Of a stretch of DNA of 64,000 nt, positions 59,299-64,000 are shown one piece after another. The DNA is from a bacterium (GTDB taxonomy: Bacteria; SM23-31), in NCBI GenBank assembly GCA_965249485.1, contig OZ252239.1, positions 1,280,001 through 1,344,000 of the forward strand, given 5' to 3'. The position numbers and the translations under genes are program-made. Under the pieces are notes generated by a model, which was not told where the DNA came from, made no database searches, and was given only the letters and a program-made list of their open reading frames with translations. The number at the start of each line of letters is the position of its first letter. The stretch's first letter is position 1.

Positions 59299-60381
59299 TT
59301 ACTCACGACATAAAAATAATCTGTCAGGTTTAAGTGATACTTTGACTGTATCATGAAGCGATAATTTGTATTTTTTACACGTCAACTCTTCAATCTCCAT
59401 ATACAATCGAAACCCTTCCACAGGTTTTCCGTCCTCAAATACCTGAAGTGAAACAGTGTACATTCTATTGATGATGTGCATACTTTCGACGTAGACCTGA
59501 AACATATTTGGTCGGTCATCATCAGTTATGAGAAATCGGACATCCGAAGGATGGATACCCAGCCAAATCGGTGTGCTCCTCTCATATTCTGTAACATTAC
59601 TGATGAAAATTTCGAACCGGTCGAAGAGAGTGACTGTTCCCGTTTTTCCATTTGAACCGGACACGATACACGGGAATAGATTCTTAATACCAAGAAATTG
59701 CGCCGTGAAATAATACTCCGGTTTCCGGAGCACACGGTCTTTTGCACCAAATTCAACAATCGATCCGTTATTCATAACAGCAATTTTATTCGCAATACTT
59801 TCAGCTATGATAAAGTTGTGGGTAACATACAGCACTGGCAATTCAAATGTACCAGGAATCTCACTGATAAACCTGATGAGCGACTCGCGAAGCGGCACAT
59901 CGACAGCAGAGAGCGGTTCGTCGAACAACATTACCCGTGATTTCGCTGCAAGAGCACGAGCAATAGCAACACGTTGTTTCTGCCCTCCGGATAAATGGTG
60001 TGGAAGCGCATGCTCTTTATCAGTGAGATCGAATTTTTCAAGTATTTTCTTTATTTGAGCATCGTGGTTATTTGAACCGGGCATTCCGAATTCAATATTA
60101 TCGTGAACAGTTTTATTCGGAAACAGTGAATAATCCTGAAATATATAGCCGATTCCCCGCTTCCGGATAGGGAACGAAATATTTGCATTGCTATCATACA
60201 ATGTTGACTCGTTAAGCGTAATTTTCCCGCTATCGGGTTTGACAATACCGCTAATTAAATTAAGTGTAAGTGATTTTCCTCCACCAGAAGGTGCGAGAAG
60301 AACTACAATTTCATTTTCAATACTGAGAGACGCGTCTAATGAAAATGAATCGAATTTTTTTTGGAGTGAAAAATCGAGCAT
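59299..60381 (-). CDS. modC: Molybdate ABC transporter ATP-binding subunit
   Basis: Walker A APSGGGKS, LSGGQKQRVA.ARAL, LFDEP.SA.D, YVTH and C-terminal TOBE-like domains. Confidence 0.9.
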   Translation of the reverse strand: MLDFSLQKKFDSFSLDASLSIENEIVVLLAPSGGGKSLTLNLISGIVKPDSGKITLNESTLYDSNANISFPIRKRGIGYIFQDYSLFPNKTVHDNIEFGMPGSNNHDAQIKKILEKFDLTDKEHALPHHLSGGQKQRVAIARALAAKSRVMLFDEPLSAVDVPLRESLIRFISEIPGTFELPVLYVTHNFIIAESIANKIAVMNNGSIVEFGAKDRVLRKPEYYFTAQFLGIKNLFPCIVSGSNGKTGTVTLFDRFEIFISNVTEYERSTPIWLGIHPSDVRFLITDDDRPNMFQVYVESMHIINRMYTVSLQVFEDGKPVEGFRLYMEIEELTCKKYKLSLHDTVKVSLKPDRLFLCRE

Positions 60382-60450
60382 GCTTAATTTTATTGTAAAA
60401 AGATATTAATCATTTTAGTCCGGAAATTGTTCTAAAGTTCAAATGTGCAA

Positions 60451-61116
60451 TTAATATTTTTGGGTCACGGATTTATTCACCAAAAACAGTATGAGAATCG
60501 ATAACACGGTAGTAATTGCAACTAAGATGTTTGCTTCCGTTGTATTTCCTGCCTGCACAGAGTCATAAATTGCGATCGATATTGTCTGAGTCTTACCCGG
60601 AATACTTCCGGCGACCATGAGAGTTGTTCCGAATTCTCCGAGTGACCGGGCAAATGACAATGCAATGCCGGCTATGACTCCTCTGCGAGCTAAAGGCAGA
60701 GTAACATGCCAAAATACCTGCCATTCGTTTTTACCAAGAACCCGAGCTGAATTTTCAATGTGTGCATTGACCGACTCAATTGCTGAGCGTGCCGGTTTAA
60801 TAAAGAGCGGAAGCGAAGCTATCATTGCCGCTATGACTGCTCCCTGCCATGTAAAGACAATTGTTATACCAAAAAAATCCTCAATGAATCTGCCGAGATA
60901 ACTTTGCCGCCCCAATATTGTCAATAAGTAATAGCCGAGTACGGTCGGCGGCATTATCAGCGGCTGCATGATGACAGCATCAAGCAGATTTTTTCCGCGA
61001 AAGTTATACCGGGACAGACAAAAAGCAATTGCTGTGCCGATAAAAAAGTTAAAGAGAGTCGCAAAGAAAGCAACTTTTAATGAGAGCCAAAGAGGGTAAA
61101 GAGACAATCCGTTCAT
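60451..61116 (-). CDS. modB: Molybdate ABC transporter permease
   Basis: LSLKVA, PL..PPTVLGY.LL and FARSLGEFG.T.M.AG.IPG.TQT motifs. Confidence 0.95.
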   Translation of the reverse strand: MNGLSLYPLWLSLKVAFFATLFNFFIGTAIAFCLSRYNFRGKNLLDAVIMQPLIMPPTVLGYYLLTILGRQSYLGRFIEDFFGITIVFTWQGAVIAAMIASLPLFIKPARSAIESVNAHIENSARVLGKNEWQVFWHVTLPLARRGVIAGIALSFARSLGEFGTTLMVAGSIPGKTQTISIAIYDSVQAGNTTEANILVAITTVLSILILFLVNKSVTQKY

Positions 61117-61136
61117 GTTGTCTTGCTCATATTTGT

Positions 61137-61922
61137 CTAATTTTGTGTTACACGAGTGTAATTAAAACGATTAAAAGTGTCATCTGACATCTCAGATTGG
61201 ATATATTGTTTGAACTGATGAGCCTGTTCGGTGTTTTGGCTGTTTTTTACAATTGCAACAGTCTGAAAAATAGGATTATACAGACTTCTATCGATCGGAA
61301 CGAATTTTACAATAGAATCATCCGGAAGATGTCCTGCTACGATTCCTACATCGATGTTACCGGATCTGACAAATTGCATGCATTGACGTATATTCCCTGC
61401 GAAAATCAATTTGGACTGAATACCATACCATATTCCGGCCTTCTGCAAAGCTTCCTGTGCAGCAATACCGAAAGGCGCATGCACCGGTGATGCGATAGCT
61501 ATCCGCTCAATATCCCTTTTGTTCAAGTCTGTGATGTCATTGATAATAATCAAATTTGATTTTAAAACTCCGAGTACTATTTGTCCTTCAAGAAAGGCAA
61601 CAGGCTCCTCCTCGAAATATCCTTCAGTGTAGAGCTTATCAGAAAATGTCTCATTTGCAGATATATACAAATCATACGGTGCACCGTGCCGGATCTGTTC
61701 CGCAAGACTACCTGATGCACCCCACGCAAACGTTACCATTATACCGTGAGTATTCTGAAAAGCATCGCCGATTTCCTTTAAAGCAAACTGGAGATTTGAA
61801 GCAGCCGCTACAACAATCGAATCACCCGGTTTATCAACAACGGTGCATTGAAAGGAAAGGAAAGTAGGAATAAACAACAATGGAAATAACTTCCGATATA
61901 TTGTTTTGTTGTGGATTCTCAT
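61137..61922 (-). CDS. modA: Molybdate ABC transporter substrate-binding protein
   Basis: VAAAS.L..A..E, GASG.L..QI..GAP.D.Y.SA and IAIA.P..AP.G.AA motifs. Confidence 0.93.
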   Translation of the reverse strand: MRIHNKTIYRKLFPLLFIPTFLSFQCTVVDKPGDSIVVAAASNLQFALKEIGDAFQNTHGIMVTFAWGASGSLAEQIRHGAPYDLYISANETFSDKLYTEGYFEEEPVAFLEGQIVLGVLKSNLIIINDITDLNKRDIERIAIASPVHAPFGIAAQEALQKAGIWYGIQSKLIFAGNIRQCMQFVRSGNIDVGIVAGHLPDDSIVKFVPIDRSLYNPIFQTVAIVKNSQNTEQAHQFKQYIQSEMSDDTFNRFNYTRVTQN

Positions 61923-62297
61923 ATATTAGATCGGCTTCGGCCCACCAGATTTCAGTTTACAATGTATAACACTACGTGATTTAATATTCAATTCTACTGC
62001 TCAAGTTGTGAGATTGTGTCTTATATTCAGACGCATTCCTCTGTGCGAAGAAAGGTAACTATAATACAAAAAAAATGAAAGCGGAAAATAGAATTACATT
62101 TTAATATTCATTAAATTTCATAATCTTGTACCATTCATGCCTGAAATGTCACATACCAAATGATAAATCTGAAATATTTGTATCTGATTCGAAAATTACC
62201 TATATTACCGCACGTTTTGAAAACATTGTTCAATTGGATGAATAATCAAATTATCGCTGTAACATTATGTTTGTATAGAATAAATGGGTAATCAACA

Positions 62298-63005
62298 ATG
62301 CATGAACACGACAAATCGTTTACACAGAGCAAGACACATACCCGCAAATCGGTAATAGAACATGTGCTGCTACAGGTATGGGTCAATCGTGAAAACAGCA
62401 GAAAAAGTTCTGTACAGGATTTTCAAATAAAGAATGAAACTGTCTCTGATGATTTGATTAAAGAAGCTGTCGAAGATGGCAGCCTGATCAATCAGAATGG
62501 AGAATTGACTTTATCTGAACTTGGTGAAAAACTCGCGGAAAACATCGTTCGCCGCCACAGACTCGCCGAAGTGTTATTCAGTGAAATTCTGTCAATTGAT
62601 GAAGAAACGGCCCGTACAACAGCTTGCGATTTGGAGCACATCATAACTGAAGAAGTGACGGACAGTATCTGTACTTTTCTCGGACATCCGCTGCAATGCC
62701 CTCATGAAATGGCAATCCCGCGCGGGACATGCTGCGCCACGTTTAAAAGGAATCTTGGTCCCCTAATCAGGCCTGTCATAGACTTGAAAATAGGTGATTT
62801 TGGAAAAATTTCATTCATGTCGCCTAAAACTCACTTCAGGCTCGACCGCCTCATGACGTTTGGAATAACACCGGGTACTATAGTAAAATTACACCAGAAA
62901 AAACCGTCGATTGTCCTTCAGGTTGGGGAAACCGATTTGGCACTCGACTACGATATAGCTAAAAATATTTATGTGAAACAGGTCAACGGCGAACAATACA
63001 TTTAA
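62298..63005 (+). CDS. DtxR/MntR-family metal-dependent regulator with a C-terminal FeoA domain
   Basis: LS..G...A..IVRRHRLAE.LF, AC.LEH and LGHP..CPH..IP motifs; FeoA-like RL..FG..PG..V. Confidence 0.88.
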   Translation: MHEHDKSFTQSKTHTRKSVIEHVLLQVWVNRENSRKSSVQDFQIKNETVSDDLIKEAVEDGSLINQNGELTLSELGEKLAENIVRRHRLAEVLFSEILSIDEETARTTACDLEHIITEEVTDSICTFLGHPLQCPHEMAIPRGTCCATFKRNLGPLIRPVIDLKIGDFGKISFMSPKTHFRLDRLMTFGITPGTIVKLHQKKPSIVLQVGETDLALDYDIAKNIYVKQVNGEQYI

Positions 63006-63040
63006 ATACCTCTGCAATAAGTGAACGTACCAGCAATTGA

Positions 63041-63874
63041 ATGTATACAATAATAACACATGACCATACGGTAATTAAAATCAGAATAGCACAGTGTCTC
63101 CTTCGATTTTTTTTGTTTTTAGTATGTATATGCAGTATTGGTATTTTTAGTACGGCGCACGGTCTTGCACAGGTAAACACGGAACAGATGAGAAGCGGGA
63201 GTAGTGATCAAGGTTTATCCGGGAATATTGACCTCAATTTTCGAATAAAAACGGGTAATGTTGACGTTGTCGATACCGGAAGCTCTCTCAGGCTTGAATA
63301 TCAGGGCGGAAAAAACCGGACATTTCTGGTAACGAACATTCAGTACGCCACAAAAAAATCTGACCCATTTATCAACAGGGGATTCACTCATATTCGTTAT
63401 AACAGAACTGCGGCAACCAACGTCATATGGGAACTCTTCACGCAACACCAGTTTAATGAATTTATTCGGCTGTTTAGCAGAACATTAGTAGGAATGGGAG
63501 GCAGATTAGTGCTCCGGGAAGAAGAGCAATCTGCTATATACCTTGGCTCATCATACATGGTGGATCGGGAACACATCGATGTCGCTTCCGGTTCAATTGA
63601 CAAATCTGTTACCTGGACTCACCGCTGGAGTAATTATTGTGTTGTGAATTGGCGCTCATCAGGAGGAGCGGTTCTGGTCAACTCACTCTATGTGCAGCCT
63701 CGAATTGACGGATTCGACGATCTGAGAATTCTCAATGAATTTGAATTGAAAACTGCATTGACAAGCCGGCTCTCAACCACACTGCAGATGAGTATCAGAT
63801 ATGACGGTAAGCCGCCGTCTGAGGTCGAAAAGACCGATTTGGAAATTCGCAATACTTTCGGAATTTCATTCTAA
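63041..63874 (+). CDS. DUF481-like outer-membrane beta-barrel (start uncertain)
   Basis: Signal peptide then AQVNTE.MR; TGN.D, HIRYN, E.F.Q.QFN.F, Y.QP....DD.R and YD..PP..V.K.D motifs; terminal GISF. Confidence 0.75.
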   Translation: MYTIITHDHTVIKIRIAQCLLRFFLFLVCICSIGIFSTAHGLAQVNTEQMRSGSSDQGLSGNIDLNFRIKTGNVDVVDTGSSLRLEYQGGKNRTFLVTNIQYATKKSDPFINRGFTHIRYNRTAATNVIWELFTQHQFNEFIRLFSRTLVGMGGRLVLREEEQSAIYLGSSYMVDREHIDVASGSIDKSVTWTHRWSNYCVVNWRSSGGAVLVNSLYVQPRIDGFDDLRILNEFELKTALTSRLSTTLQMSIRYDGKPPSEVEKTDLEIRNTFGISF

Positions 63875-63930
63875 GACTTATAAATAGACTTTTATCATAA
63901 TTGCTGAAACGCTTTGCAAAGGAAATCGTA

Positions 63931-64000
63931 ATGGTAAACTTCATAGTCAGTTGTATACTGTCTGCTCTTGTAACTGTTGCCGCATTTGCACAGGAATTCC
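63931..64000 (+). CDS. Start of an exported protein (truncated by the window end)
   Basis: AAAGGA SD, then MVNFIVSCILSALVTVAAFA-QEF, a signal peptide. Confidence 0.55.
   Translation, partial: MVNFIVSCILSALVTVAAFAQEF

Noticed and set aside
61923..62297. Moco riboswitch or ModE box upstream of modA
   Set aside because: No recognisable conserved Moco motif stems or ATCGnTATATA-type palindrome by eye.

Overview
Gene-dense, AT-rich bacterial chromosomal segment, mostly on the + strand. It is dominated by cell-envelope functions and looks like an FCB-superphylum diderm (inference from NYPNPFNP-type C-terminal sorting domains, a PorV/FadL-like barrel, the TPR-DUF4292-like pair and a long LptF). 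In order: lnt (partial), an OM beta-barrel, a lipoprotein, bamD, nadD, moaC and moeA; a REP-flanked low-complexity ORF; a ~2770-aa secreted beta-solenoid surface protein with dockerin-like, cohesin-like and CTD modules, followed by a small cohesin-like CTD partner; a lipoate ligase family gene, dxr and rseP; a ~18.6-kb nucleotide-sugar/glycosyltransferase cluster; an orphan kinase and MscS; an ECF sigma/anti-sigma/RseB-like module; a thioredoxin-fold selenoprotein candidate split at an in-frame UGA; a decayed BNR-CTD pseudogene; lptFG; an ECF S-component; a candidate sRNA; a DegT-family gene with thrC; a helical-repeat protein; modABC; and a DtxR-FeoA regulator. No rRNA, tRNA, CRISPR array or transposase was seen. 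Best leads: (1) a putative CTD-secreted, possibly O-glycosylated cohesin-dockerin surface-lattice system with a long structured leader and an intergenic stabilising hairpin; (2) the WASW-U-TC selenoprotein with a SECIS-like hairpin; (3) a shared GAACATT-N13-GAATATAAT motif upstream of the ECF sigma gene and the TPR operon; (4) candidate sRNAs with C-rich segments. All family calls rest on motif recognition by eye; no searches were run.
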